Assembly: GCF_037042905.1 (NCBI RefSeq)
Contig: NW_026974140.1
Span: forward strand, 1,428,001-1,492,000
Direction of reading: 5' to 3'
DNA length: 64,000 nt
Source: Lytechinus pictus
Lineage: Eukaryota
Each line of letters opens with the position of its first letter. Positions within the stretch are counted from its first letter, which is position 1. The position numbers were made by a program, and so were the translations under genes. The notes below the pieces were generated by a model that saw only the letters and a program-made list of their open reading frames with translations, ran no database searches and was not told the origin of the DNA. Below are positions 1 to 12,135 of the stretch, piece by piece.

Positions 1-1590
1 ATACGTCAAAACTAAATATAATTATAAGATTTTGATGAAATTTTCATCATTTTGTCATTTTGTGAATTTTTATACTATTTTCAGTCCGCAGTATACATCG
101 ATCTCTTTAACTGTGCTTTTTCACACCATGTTTAGTGTCAGTTTGCCAGACGGTTGGCGAAAATTTGCACCCCCATATAGGCCTATAGGTTTTTGAAACT
201 ACAAATGATTAGAAAAAAATCAACAAGTTAAAGCTTCATATTTCAAAATAAATGATGCAAATTAGTGTATGAAAATATGTTTTGCTGTTAACTCATATTA
301 TTGCTTGTAGAATGTTAATTTTTTTGTGAAAACATAAATTTGATATTTCTAACAAACATTAAAAAAAGAATGTCAAAACATGATGTAGTTTATTGTAGGC
401 CTATTTTTAATTTTTCATGTATTTTTTAAATTTGTTTTTTTTATATATTTTTTTTCAATGTTAAGGAATCTGAATTAATTAAAGGGGATCGGAAGTTCAC
501 CCTGACAGAATTTAGATACGCCACGTACTGTTTGGTGCTCCCTAATTTACCTCTTTTAATAGTCATCTAATTTTAAGATCAATATGGGATCTTTAGTGAA
601 ATATAATTTCTCCTTTATATCTTCACCCCATCCTGATTTTCATCTCTTTATTTTTTTTGCCTATCTTTCTGTCCCTGCTCATTTCGCCCCTTTTGCCTCT
701 TTTCCAGTTTCCTAACCTTTCTGGCACATTATGAATATATCTGGGGCGTATACGCATGGGTGATATAGCACCAAAAAGGAGAAAGAGGAAGGGGAGGGAG
801 GGAAAATATAAAAAATATACGAAAAAATGTGAAGGAAATAATAGTAATACATTGGAATTTCGTAAATCAAGAATTTCATTTGCAGTGATCATTATTTATA
901 CTTCCCTTTAGAAAGCTTATTACAAAATACTAATTTTAAATATCGAAACTGCCATTGTTTGCCTTTATTTAATACTCTGTATTAATCATAATTGATGCAT
1001 ATTGTGCCCAATATATCCCTAAAATTGTGATAAGAAGGATTTTTCATAATGCAATAAATTAATAGGTATAAAATAAATTAACAAATGCATGTTATTTGAT
1101 TACAAGCATTATTATCATATCTTGGGGTAAATTCTTTGTATACTATAGTGCAGCAGACATTGACAGTTGAATTAAGACTAAATGTGGACTATTTAAAGAC
1201 CCAGACCAGACCCCAAAATTTAATTGACAAATCAAACAAATCAGACGAAAGCTATTAATTTAAACTAAAAATAGAAATGCAAGTTTAATGCAGTCATCGC
1301 TTACAGCTGAATATTTTGCATAAGAATAACTCCAATTATCGAGTTTCGAAAATATACTTTCTTGTAAATGCTTTCACCGGCCTCGCACCGAGACCGTGAC
1401 GTCATGTAGTGTTAGAAGTGGTGTAATTCCATAGAGTTGTTACAAGAAAATGGGTTATTTTCCCCTTTCAGATTACGCATTTTATTTCTTCACTTCTATC
1501 ACATAGAGATATCGTAAATATCTTTTTCTGCAAGCTTTAATTGATGAAATCTACCGCTTTTGACTATATAGTTTTCAAGTACCACGTGAC

Positions 1591-1852
1591 CTTTTTTTTG
1601 TTTTGTAGTGATCTTTATTATTCATTCAAATAAATTTCATACATACATAATTAAGGAAATATAAAAAACAAAATGATAATTGCAGCTGTGAATATTCAAA
1701 TCAAATAACACTGTAACATATAGCAGACAAATTGTATCAGAACAGAGACATAATCCGAAATCATGCAAAAATGCAGCTAAAGAAAATAATAACAAAGACG
1801 TAACACTAACAGCTATATATCCAAACTGAAAGAATGAATGTATATTGAGCAT
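1591..1852 (-). mobile_element. 5'-truncated 3'-UTR fragment of the Tx1-like LINE, inserted in the left arm
   Basis: T-run + GTAGTGATCTTTATTATTCATTCAAATAAATTTCATACATACATAAT... aligns with 4421-4692. It is absent from the right arm, whose empty site reads CACGTGAC-GT-ATGTGA (reverse complement). Confidence 0.9.
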
Positions 1853-3282
1853 GTGAAGGAAGGATATCGCGATAGCGCAAGAACGATATCTTCCGAAGAG
1901 AGTGGCCTTTTTTGGTACTGAATCTGCCGGAGTAGAACAGGATCCGCCGGCGGATTTGGTGCCTAGAACAGTATCTGCCAGGCGCAGGATCCGCCGGTAC
2001 ACCGGCGGTACACCGTACCGGCAGATCCTGCGCCTGGCAGATACTGTTCTAGGCACCAAATCCGCCGGCGGATCGTGTTCTACTCCGGCGGATTCAGTAC
2101 CAAAAAAGGCCACTCTCTTCGGAAGATATCGTTCTTGCGCTATCGCGATATCCTTCATTCACATACGTCACGTGGTATGAGAAAACTAGTCAAAAGCGGT
2201 AGATTTCATCAATTAAAGCTTGCAGAAAAAGATATTTATGATATCTCTATGTGATAGAAGTGAAGAAATAAAATGCGTAATCTGAAAGGGGAAAATAACC
2301 CATTTTCTTGTTACAACTCTATGGAATTACACCACTTCTAACACTACATGACGTCACGGTCTCGGTGCGAGGCCGGTGAAAGCATATTTACAAGAAAGCA
2401 TATTTTCGAAACCCGATAATTGGAGTTATTCTTAAGCAAAATATTCAGCTGTAAGCGATGACTGCATAAAACTTGCATTTCTGTTTTTAGTTTGAATTAA
2501 TAGCTTTCGATTTGACTGATTTGTCAACTTTTGGGGTCTGGTCTGGGTCTTTAAATAGTCCACATTTAGTCTTCATTCAACTTTCAATGTCTACTGCACT
2601 GCCTACTAGTATACAAAGAATTTACCCCAAGATATGATAATGCTTGTAATCAAATAACATGCATTTGTTAATTTATTTTATACCTATTAATTTATTGCAG
2701 TATGAAAAGTCCTTCTTATCACAATTTTGGGTATAAATTGGGCACAATATGCATCAATTATGATTAATACAGATAAAGACAAACAATGGCAGTTTCGATA
2801 ATTAAAATCAGTATTTGTAATAAGCTTTCTAAAGGCAAGTATAAATAATGATCACTGCAAATGAAATTCTTGATTTACGAAATTCCAATGTATTACTATA
2901 TTATTTCCTCCACATTTTCTCGTATATTTTTCTATTTTTCTCTCCCTCTCCTTCCTATTTCTATTTCTCCTTTTTGGTGCTATATCACCCACGCGTATAC
3001 GCCCCAGATATATTATGTGCAAGAAAGATATAGGAAACTGGAAAAGAGGCAAAAGGGGCGAAATGAGCAGGGACAGAAAGAAAGGCAAAAAAATAAAGAG
3101 ACGAAAACCAGGAGGGGTAAAATAAAAGAAACAAAAGATATAAAGGAGAAATTTCAAGGAGAATTTCACTAAAGATACCATATTGATCTTAAAATTAGAT
3201 GACTGAGAGGTAAATTAGGGAGCACCAAACAGTACGTGGCGTATCTAACTTTTGTCAGGGTGATCTTCCTGTCCCCTTCAAT

Positions 3283-3664
3283 CATCATCATATCATCGTC
3301 ACCCTCACCTTTATCATCTTCATCTTCATACTAAAAATATTGCATGAATTGATGTTTCGTATTTAAAAATATATGCCCATTCTGCTTCTAAATGTATCAA
3401 TTAATTTAATTAGTTTTAGTTTGGGATTGTCATTTTTCTTCAAGCAATCTGCTTATGATGACAATCCTTCTCCTGCAAATCGTGAATATCATATAATAAT
3501 TTTGTAGTTAATCATTTTTGTCTGGAATAATTTTTTTAGTACACTTTATTTATGATTCATGCCAAAAATGCTAACATAATATTATGTTTATTATGTTATG
3601 GAAAATGTATTATACGAATGTTCCATGGATGCAGAAAAAACAATAAATCAAATCAAATCAAATA
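3283..3664 (+). mobile_element. 3' tail fragment of a CR1/L2-group LINE, inserted in the right arm
   Basis: Absent from the left arm; has a GGATTGTCAT...CAAGC...GCTT...ATGACAATCC stem-loop and ends in AATAAA(TCAAA)n. Confidence 0.65.
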
Positions 3665-5038
3665 AATTAATTCAGATTCCTTTAAATTAATTTTAAAAAT
3701 ACATGAAAATTTAAAAATAGGCCTTCAATAAACTACATAAGAAATTAATCATGTTCTGACATTCCTTTTTTATGTTTGTTAGAAATAAAAAAAATTATGT
3801 TTTCACCAAAAATTAGCATTCTACAAGCAATAATATGAGTTAACAGCAAAACATATTTTCATACACTAATTTGCATCATTTATTTGAAATATGAAAATTT
3901 TAACTTGTTGAAATTTTTCTAAACATTTGTAGTTTCAAAAACCTATAGGCCTATATGGGGGTGCAAATTTTCGCCAACCGTCTGGCAAACTGACACTAAA
4001 CATGGTGTGAAAAAGCACAGTTAAAGATTTCGATGCATACTGCGGACTGAAAATAGTATAAAAATTCACAAAACAAAATGATGAAAATTTCATCAAAATC
4101 TTATAATGATAAATAGCATATAGTTTTGCGTATGTGTCAGCTAAGTCTACGTAATACATATCGAGACATTATTTCTCCTATTAATCCTCACCCCCATCGA
4201 GCCCTTTGTCAAAAGCTGTATGGATCTGCCCCTGAATAAAAATTCACTAAAGGCGGACGAAAATCCCCCCCCCCTTGCGATCGACATTGCCGAGCCGCGC
4301 ATGCGCGCGCTGCCGAGGTTGTCTGTCCAAATTAATATTACACGTATAATCAATAGAACCAAATCCGCCGAGGAACCAAATCTGCAAACATCAAGCCGCG
4401 TCAAACACGGCGGATATATATTTTTTTTTTGTAGTGATCTTTATTATTCATTCAAATAAATTTCATACATACATAATCAAGAAAATATAGAACAAAATGA
4501 TAATTGCAGCAGTGCAATACACAAATTAAATAACAGTGTAATAAACATAGCAGGCAAATTGTATCAGAAAAGAGACATAATCCGAACTCATGCAAAAATA
4601 ACATTTCAACAACTTATGTATGCAGCTAAAAGCAAATGATAAAACAAAGACGTAACAACTACGCAAATTTAAAGAATGAATGTATATGAGCATTCTCCCG
4701 TCCCATGAGCCCCCCCCCCCCCCCCTATCAGACCCCAAAGCTGAACAAACTAACACACCAACAACAAGAAACGGGAGAAAAGGACATTAAAAAAAACACC
4801 ATACACATAACGGAGAGAGAGAAAAAAAAAAAAAAAAACAAAGGACAGGACAGGAACAATTAAAAGGATTTTAAAAAAAATGATAAATAAATAAATAAAA
4901 AAATAAAAAATAAAAACCACACGAACCAATAACAGACAGGACAGAGGTCAGTTTACAGCGACAGTGATCGATCGATTCCATGCACGGGCAGACGAGGGGC
5001 ACCCCTCCCTTCCCCATCCTTTTTATTTTGGTTAATGT

Positions 5039-7545
5039 TTATAAAACCTTTAAATATTCCCATTTTTTATAGTGTCGCGTTAACGTATTACGCTCTAATG
5101 CAATTTTCTTTTCTTCTTCTTTGCTAATAAGTAACTTTTCCTTTATCTCTTCAGGAGTTGGTGGTTTACCCTTCCCTCTCCCTTGATATATTAAATATTT
5201 GATTAGCAAAATGATATGATTAAGTAATTGTATGTTTTCGGTTGTTTCCTCGAGACCAATATGGATTTCCATCCAGCTTAGTTTTTTTAGAATTGGAAGG
5301 CCAAACAAATTACTACTCCGTACCCACAAATCTCCTACTTTTTCACATTAAAAAAATAAATGCTTATATGTTTCTTCGTATTTTCTACAGAAGGAACATT
5401 TATCACTTGCTATAAAATGAAACCTGTATAAGTGATGATTCAGAAAGATGATATTGTATAACATTTTAAATTGAAATTCTCTCAATTTGTTATCCAACGT
5501 ACTAAATCTAGGACGATAAAATGTTTTCTCAATTTCTTTATTTGACAGATTATATAATAATGCTAAGTTATGAAAACTGACTGGTTGTTCAGCAATTTGT
5601 TTTCTACACCCTCTATATAGATTTTTGGAAGTAACCGAGTGGAATTGAATTTTTTTCTCATAAAAGACAAATTCAATATTCAAGCCGTCCACTGAAGTAT
5701 TCCTTCTTAATCTGTCTTTCCATTCTCTGGGGGTATGTGCAAATATTTCTTGAATAACTGATACTTCCTCCTCGTCCAATCCCATACATCTGAAATAATT
5801 ATCCGGCTTAAGTGCCCCCTTAACATCTGTAATGTGATGAAATTTAAAAATATTTTTGAGGAACAGATTTTTATGAAAAAACGTTTTTCCTTTCTTCAAA
5901 ATACACTTATTATTAAAGAAAATTTCATTTCTTTTACTATTTGTATCTTTTTTAATAAAAATATTCATATCAGACCAAATACATAACATTTCTCGGTAAT
6001 ATTTTGGTAATTTAACATCGACCATATCAGGGGAAAAATTGCAGTAAAATATTAAAAGACCACCAAATGTTCTCAGGAGAAATTTAAAATATCTTTTCCA
6101 TTTTGCTCTCTGGTCACCAGTAACTAATCTTTTAATCCACATCACTCTTTGTACCATTATAAATAGTTTGAAATTGAGCATTTTTAGCCCACCTTGTCGG
6201 TAATCCAGATATAAAGTATTTCTTTGTATTTTGTCTTTCCCCCGCCATAAAAAGTCAAAACATGTATCATCAATTTCTTTGAAAACCCAGTCTGGAACTG
6301 AAGATAGGGAGCTCACATAAGCAGTCAATTTGGAAAACGCATACGTTTTAAGCAAATGAATTTTTCCTATCAAAGTGAGATCTCGTTGTTTCCACCAATT
6401 TAATAACTTTTTGATTTTGCTCAAAATTTCTTTGAAATTCATTTCTTCAGCGACATCAGGATTGAGTGAAAAGTAAATACCCAGTATTTTCACAATATCA
6501 ACTCTTTTACCGAATGGAAAGCTGTTCCCCGGTGGAACAGGAGGCCCTAGAGGCAAAATGAAAGTTTTATTTTTATTAATTTTCAGTCCAGATATTTTCT
6601 TGAACTTCTCAAGGATTATGTATAATCTATCTATAGAGTCTAAATCTTGCACAAATATTGTCATGTCATCAGCATAAAGAACCTGCTTAATTTCTGTATC
6701 GCCAAAGCAAATACCCCTTACTGAATTATCGTTTCGAATAGAGTGAGTTAAACACTCTATACACAATATAAAAAGATATGGGGACAGGGGGTCCCCCTGC
6801 CTTAGCCCCCGCTCAACATCGAAATAGCCAGTTGATCTCCCTCCATTGAAAACGCAGCATAGTGTGTTAGTGTAAATTACTTTGACCCAATCCCTAAACA
6901 TCGTTCCAAAACCGAATGAACAAAGTGCCTTTTGAATAAAAGCGTGTGAAAATGAATCGAAAGCCTTTTCAAAATCGATTGCTAATAAATAACCCGATTT
7001 ATTAAAATGTGAGGTATGAAATATCATGTCATTAATTAATCTTACTGCTTCACCAATATTTCTGTCATTTAAATACCCTACCTGGTCAACTGAAATAATG
7101 TAACTTAGAATCGCTTTTATTCTTTTAGAAAGTATCTTAGTGAGAATTTTATAATCTACATTGAGAAGTGAAATGGGTCTGTAATTGCTAATGACTGTAG
7201 GGTCTTTATCCCCCTTGTGTATTAGTGTAATTACTGCTTGCCTCTGAGAGGGCGATAATTCTTTATGAATCAAACTATCATTAAGCCCGTTAATAACTAA
7301 ATCACCTATACAACATACCAAAATGTAATGTAAAACTCGACGCTCAGTCCATCATTCCCCGGAGATTTATTAAGTTGCATTTCTTTTAAGATTTCAATAC
7401 AATCACCTTGGTTTATTTTTCCTTCACAGTGATTACTCTGATTTTTTGTTAGTTTGGGTAAGCTATTGGGAAAAAAACGTATTATCGTCGCATAATCCTG
7501 CCTCAGATTTAGCGTATAATGATGAATAAAACTTTCGGATTTCAT
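5039..7545 (-). pseudogene. Tx1-like ORF2 reverse transcriptase and C-terminal zinc knuckle, disrupted
   Basis: KSPGNDGL (7306-7545 frame), NYRPISLLNVDYKIL, DFEKAFD, GLRQGDPLSPYLF, YADD, CSFC...ETYKHLFF*C. Two frameshifts near 7470 and 7320 and an in-frame stop at 5348-5350. Confidence 0.92.
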
Positions 7546-8863
7546 TTAAAATATTAATTTCATCACTAATTATATTTTCATTCACCTTAAGTTTTTTAAT
7601 TACACATTTTTTCCCATTAGAATCTGTCAATTGTTTAAAATATGCGGTTTCCCTTTCCCCACTTTCAAACCACGGCGCTCGAGATCTGATTTTTATACCT
7701 TCATTAACATAAGTACAAATTGCTTTTAATTCATTTCTTTTCCTGGTTAAAATGTCAATTGAATCCTTATTTTTATTACTTGGTCTTTGTTGCAGTTCTT
7801 CTTCTAATTTTTCAATTTCCTTTTCCAACTTTGTAATCTTTTCTCTTCTTTCTTTTGCCTTTTTCTTTGAGTACTTCCTAGTAAAACTTCGGATTTCCAT
7901 TTTAACATAATCCCATAAAATTCTGCTGTCCATAATCTCTATTGATAACATCTGTTTCAAACGAATAATTTCCTCCTTCATACTTTTAACATATTCTTCG
8001 TCCTTACATAAACTGTTATTAAATTTCCAATAACCAGTCTTAATCGTTGGTTTGACCATATGATTAAAATTAATATTGAGTTCTATTGCTGAGTGATCAG
8101 GTGATAATGAAGGTATTATTTTACAATTCAACACTTTCTCTTCTAAAATATCTGAAACCACCCAGTAATCCAATCGACTTTGCATATACGGATTTCCTTG
8201 ATGATAGGTATATTGTTTCTTGGAATCATTTTTAACACGCCATATATCTAAGGCCTTATAATCCGTAAGAAAATTTTCGAACATTGAACTAAGTTTAGAT
8301 TGCTTCTTGTTTACGATTTTTCCATCATAATCTAAATAAATATCCCTAACCATATTGAAGTCTCCTCCTATAATAAAAGGTTTATTTTGGAACTCCTTTC
8401 TTCCTAAAATCTTAATAATAGAATCCAAAAACTCAAGTTGCTCGTGCACTTTACTACTAACAGGGAAATAAACATTTCCCAATATTACTTCCTGATTTTG
8501 CAAAGATCCAATAATAAAAATGTATCTACCTCCTGTATCGATGATTGTATGTTTTATTGAGATATCAAACCCTTTATCTACTAAAATCATAACGCCTTTA
8601 CCGTGGTTTGTACCGTGACTAAAAATACAAAAGCCATCCCACATGGAACTCCAATTACTAACAATATCTTGAGTGCTAAAAGTTTTCTGGAGAAAAATAA
8701 TATGTCCTTTTTTATCCTTACACCATTTAAATATATTTTGCCTCTTATGACGTTCTCGAATTCCTTTAACATTTAAAGATATGAAATTGCAGATTAAAGA
8801 ATTAAACACAGGGGTATGGACAAGATAATAAATCGTGGGATGAGAAGTGGAAGAGCGCCGCAC
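7463..8863 (-). pseudogene. Tx1-like ORF2 N-terminal part: apurinic-like endonuclease plus linker
   Basis: Motifs SLNVKGIR, IIFLQKT (normally LQET), NVYFP, IIGGDFN, SRLDYW, SDH-like PDHS, WKFN. The real start is probably near 8800. Confidence 0.9.
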
Positions 8864-9797
8864 CCTGTCCGCCCGGCCTCATGTAAATCTGATCATGATC
8901 AAAATGCCACTGCCAACTGACCCTGAAAGGAAAAAGGAAACGAAAAACAAAGTGCACATAAAACAAACATCAACAAGCAAGACTATCAAGGGAGATCTTC
9001 CTATAAAGGAAGTGTCTAAAACGAAAACCCTCTTACATGTCTTAGACATCTTCATGATGTCTCGCCAACCCCTCTCCCTATAACTTGAGATTTATTTTGA
9101 AGGTAAGTCAATAATGAGCAAAGGAAAATAAAAAGGAAAAAAAACCTGTGGACTACAACATTATCCTGAGGAAATTGCCTCTCGACTATATTCATGCCCT
9201 AAATACCGGCGACCCACATACTAAGATATGGATTAAAAGTTCAATGTTTACCCAATTGATTTGCAACTTCTATATCTACATTCTTTTGAAAACCTTCTCC
9301 TTTAAGACCAAAAAGGATAATACAAAAGGACCACTATTGGAACCTTAAACCTTTTCGAAATTTGCATCTAAGATACATTCATTCTAATTCAGTTTGATTT
9401 TTAAAAGAGTATATGAGATATGGTTCCGATTAAAAACGATATCGGCCATTTAGAACGATATCTGCCGGCGGATACGGTATCCGCCGGTGGAACCACTGAA
9501 CTAGAGATACGTGGAAGTCGTGTTCACCCAAGCAAAACATCGCCGGCGAACTCGATAAGTCACGTGACCGCCGCCATTTTGCTAGGTCAATTGTTCGAGA
9601 ACGCGCCGTAAAAGGCAATTGAAAGTATGTGCAAGATGCAATATGTTTTCTCTATAAATATAAGATTAATACTGATGTACTACTTAGTGTGGCAAAGTGT
9701 ATTTTAATGTCATTAAGCCAATCATGTACAAACATATTTCTATATGCACAATGTACTGGGACCTGGTAATTCATGTAGTTTAAAAAAGGGTTTAAAT

Positions 9798-11271
9798 CAG
9801 GGTGACCAGATTTCAAAAAATGAAATACGGGACAATCCATAAAAAAAAGATAATCAAAGAAGGCTACACAGTATTATACTTGTGAAAAAAAATATAAAGA
9901 ATTGGAAGGGAGGGTGAACGAAAGAATGAAGGAGAGAAAGAAAAGAAATGAAATGAGAAAGAAGAAAGAAAAAATGAAGGGGAAAATGAAGGGGAAAACA
10001 TGAAAGAAAGTTAGAATAATTAAAAAGACGATGAAAGAAAGAATAAAAGAGAAAAAAAGGTTTCCGTCATTCGTTGAATTCATTGAATATAGAAAGAAAG
10101 AAAAAGAAATAAAGGGAATATGTGTGACAGACAAAATAAAGGTGAGAAAGAAAAAGTAAGAAAAAGAAGGGAAACAAAGAATGCCGGAAAGAAAAATGTT
10201 TTCATTCTTTGAAAGAAAGAAACGAAGAAAGAAGAAAACATGAAGGGGGAATGAAGGAAGGGAGGGAGGGAAAGAAAGAAAGAATTAGAAGGAAAAATAG
10301 AATAAAGAATGAAAGAAAGAATGAAAGAGAGGGAGGAAAGATTGGAGGGATGAGAGAATGAAAAAAAAATAATGGAAGGAGAGAAAAAACGAAAAGAAAT
10401 TAAAGGTGAGGAAGGGAGAAGGAAGTAGATAAAAAGGGCAGATAAGAGAAAGAAGGAAAGAAAGAAAATTAACACACAGACTGGATCAGGAAAGAAAGGT
10501 AGGAAATATTAAAAGATAGATGGAACAAAAAAAGCAAGCAGGAAGGATAGAAGGATGAAGAATAAAAATGAAAGAGGAAAAAGTTCAAACTTCAAGCAAA
10601 CAAAAGCAATCCAATCATCTAACAGAAATAACAATGATATATTTGGTGTTTTTTATCTTTAAAATTTTGAAAAACTAAGTGGTTTAGAAATGAATAAAAT
10701 TTCAAAGTGAAGCATTGTCAACTTACAAATTAGAGGAAACAGCGCCGGCATCCTACACAACAAGACTCAAAACGAAAGCTAAAACAACTACATGTAGATC
10801 CAGTTATGAAAATTAAAAAACTTGTTCCTCCTATTAAATCATTAATCTGAGAATCTATAATATATGATCATAAAAATTTCCCGCCGATTTTGCGATTATT
10901 TTGGTGGAAAAACTGTTTATCATGTGAGATTGTTTGCACCATTGAGAATCTGCTCCGATCCTACATGCATAGAGCCTGCCACACACAGGCAGGAAGCCAG
11001 CTCGTTTGCAATGTAGGCCTATTGGGTTAGGATAAAAATCACCCGCAAAACTTTGCAAAAGTTTAGTTATCGATTTATTGTTGTCTCTGCTTCGTCATCT
11101 GTTAGGTTATTTGATGAAAATTCGTCACTTTTAAATGTATCAACTACATTTTGTTCAATATTCTAAAAATACGGGACAGATAGGTGTCCCGGAAAGGGTT
11201 TGTCGGGACGCCGGGACAAAGGAGCAAAATACGGGACGATCCCGGGAAATACGGGACGTCTGGTCACCCTG
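9798..11271. mobile_element. hAT-like MITE nested in the P-like element
   Basis: TIR CAGGGTGACCAGA / TCTGGTCACCCTG with subterminal AAATACGGGAC repeats; no TSD recognisable. Confidence 0.65.
9880..10590 (+). repeat. Purine-rich (GA/GAAA) low-complexity tract
   Basis: Almost exclusively A/G on the + strand; source of spurious F/S/L-rich ORFs. Confidence 0.85.
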
Positions 11272-11729
11272 GAAATATTTGAAAAGAGGTAGTGGCCTTT
11301 TTGTGCAATTTTTGACATGTGGAATATTTCATATATACTGACCAGGATATGCATATAATTATCTGGTATGTGAAAATAAGCGAAATTTAGTGCCACAACT
11401 TTTTAAATGGAATTACCATTGCTGTTTTTCTGATCTGTGCTCTAATTAGTAAACTTGTTAGAGTTGAATTTGTTTATCCATCACCCCTTCCTTTATGTAA
11501 AGGTGTATTGATGTATAAGCACATGTCGTGCAACATCCATGCTCTTCCAAATTAAATTTCATTAGAATTCAAATTATATTGTGCCCATTTTTATATACAC
11601 TGTACTTAGTAGATATTTCATGGCTGAGCACACGAAGGTCCAACTTTGAAGGCTCATTAAAAGTAACAACCTTCTTGTCCTCAAACTTTTATCCAATTTT
11701 TCACCCTAAAATGTGTGATTGAACAGTAT

Positions 11730-12135
11730 GAGAGGGAGGGAAGGGAATATTTACTCAAAATTTATATAGAGAAAGTTGAAATGAGAAAGGTAAAATGGTA
11801 AAGATGCAGCCGGAGAGAAAAAAAGAAACAGACGATCAACGAGAAGAGATGGAAAGAAGAGGAAGATCAAAGAGAGAGAGGGAGAGAAAGGGGGAAATGA
11901 CGAGGAATGAGAAAGAGGTGAGGAGAGAAAGGCGAGACGAGAGGGAGATAAGAGGGCTTGATATAAGGGAGATGGGGAAATAAAAGAGAGATATAAGGGG
12001 GATATATAGAAAGGGAAGGTAAGAGAGAGAGAGATGAGAAAGAAGAGGAAAATCAGAGAGAAAGAAGCCAAAGAGAAAGGAAAAATAATAAAGAGGGAGA
12101 TCGAGATGATATAAAGGGGAGAAATAAGAGAGAGT
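11730..12135 (+). repeat. Purine-rich (GA) low-complexity tract
   Basis: GAGA/GGAAA runs. Confidence 0.85.

Larger units (their letters stand above)
1..4132. repeat. Giant imperfect inverted repeat: arms 1-2000 and 2015-~4132, 14-nt spacer; left arm runs off the window
   Basis: 1-200 is the reverse complement of ~3925-4132, and 1853-2000 pairs with 2015-2162 with about 4 mismatches. Mirror ORFs appear in the track (MITANEILDLRNSN at 623-892 - and 2848-3033 +). Confidence 0.95.
4418..9416 (-). mobile_element. Tx1/L1-clade non-LTR retrotransposon, 5'-truncated (ORF2 + 3'UTR + poly-A; no ORF1 seen)
   Basis: APE-RT-CCHC ORF2 pieces, poly-A (T10 at 4421-4430), candidate TSD GATAT (4413-4417 / 9417-9421). 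Confidence 0.9.

Noticed and set aside
1637..2180. Overlapping 173-aa and 92-aa ORFs at the palindrome centre
   Set aside because: Mirror products of a GC-rich inverted repeat; no domain similarity; one runs into a LINE UTR.
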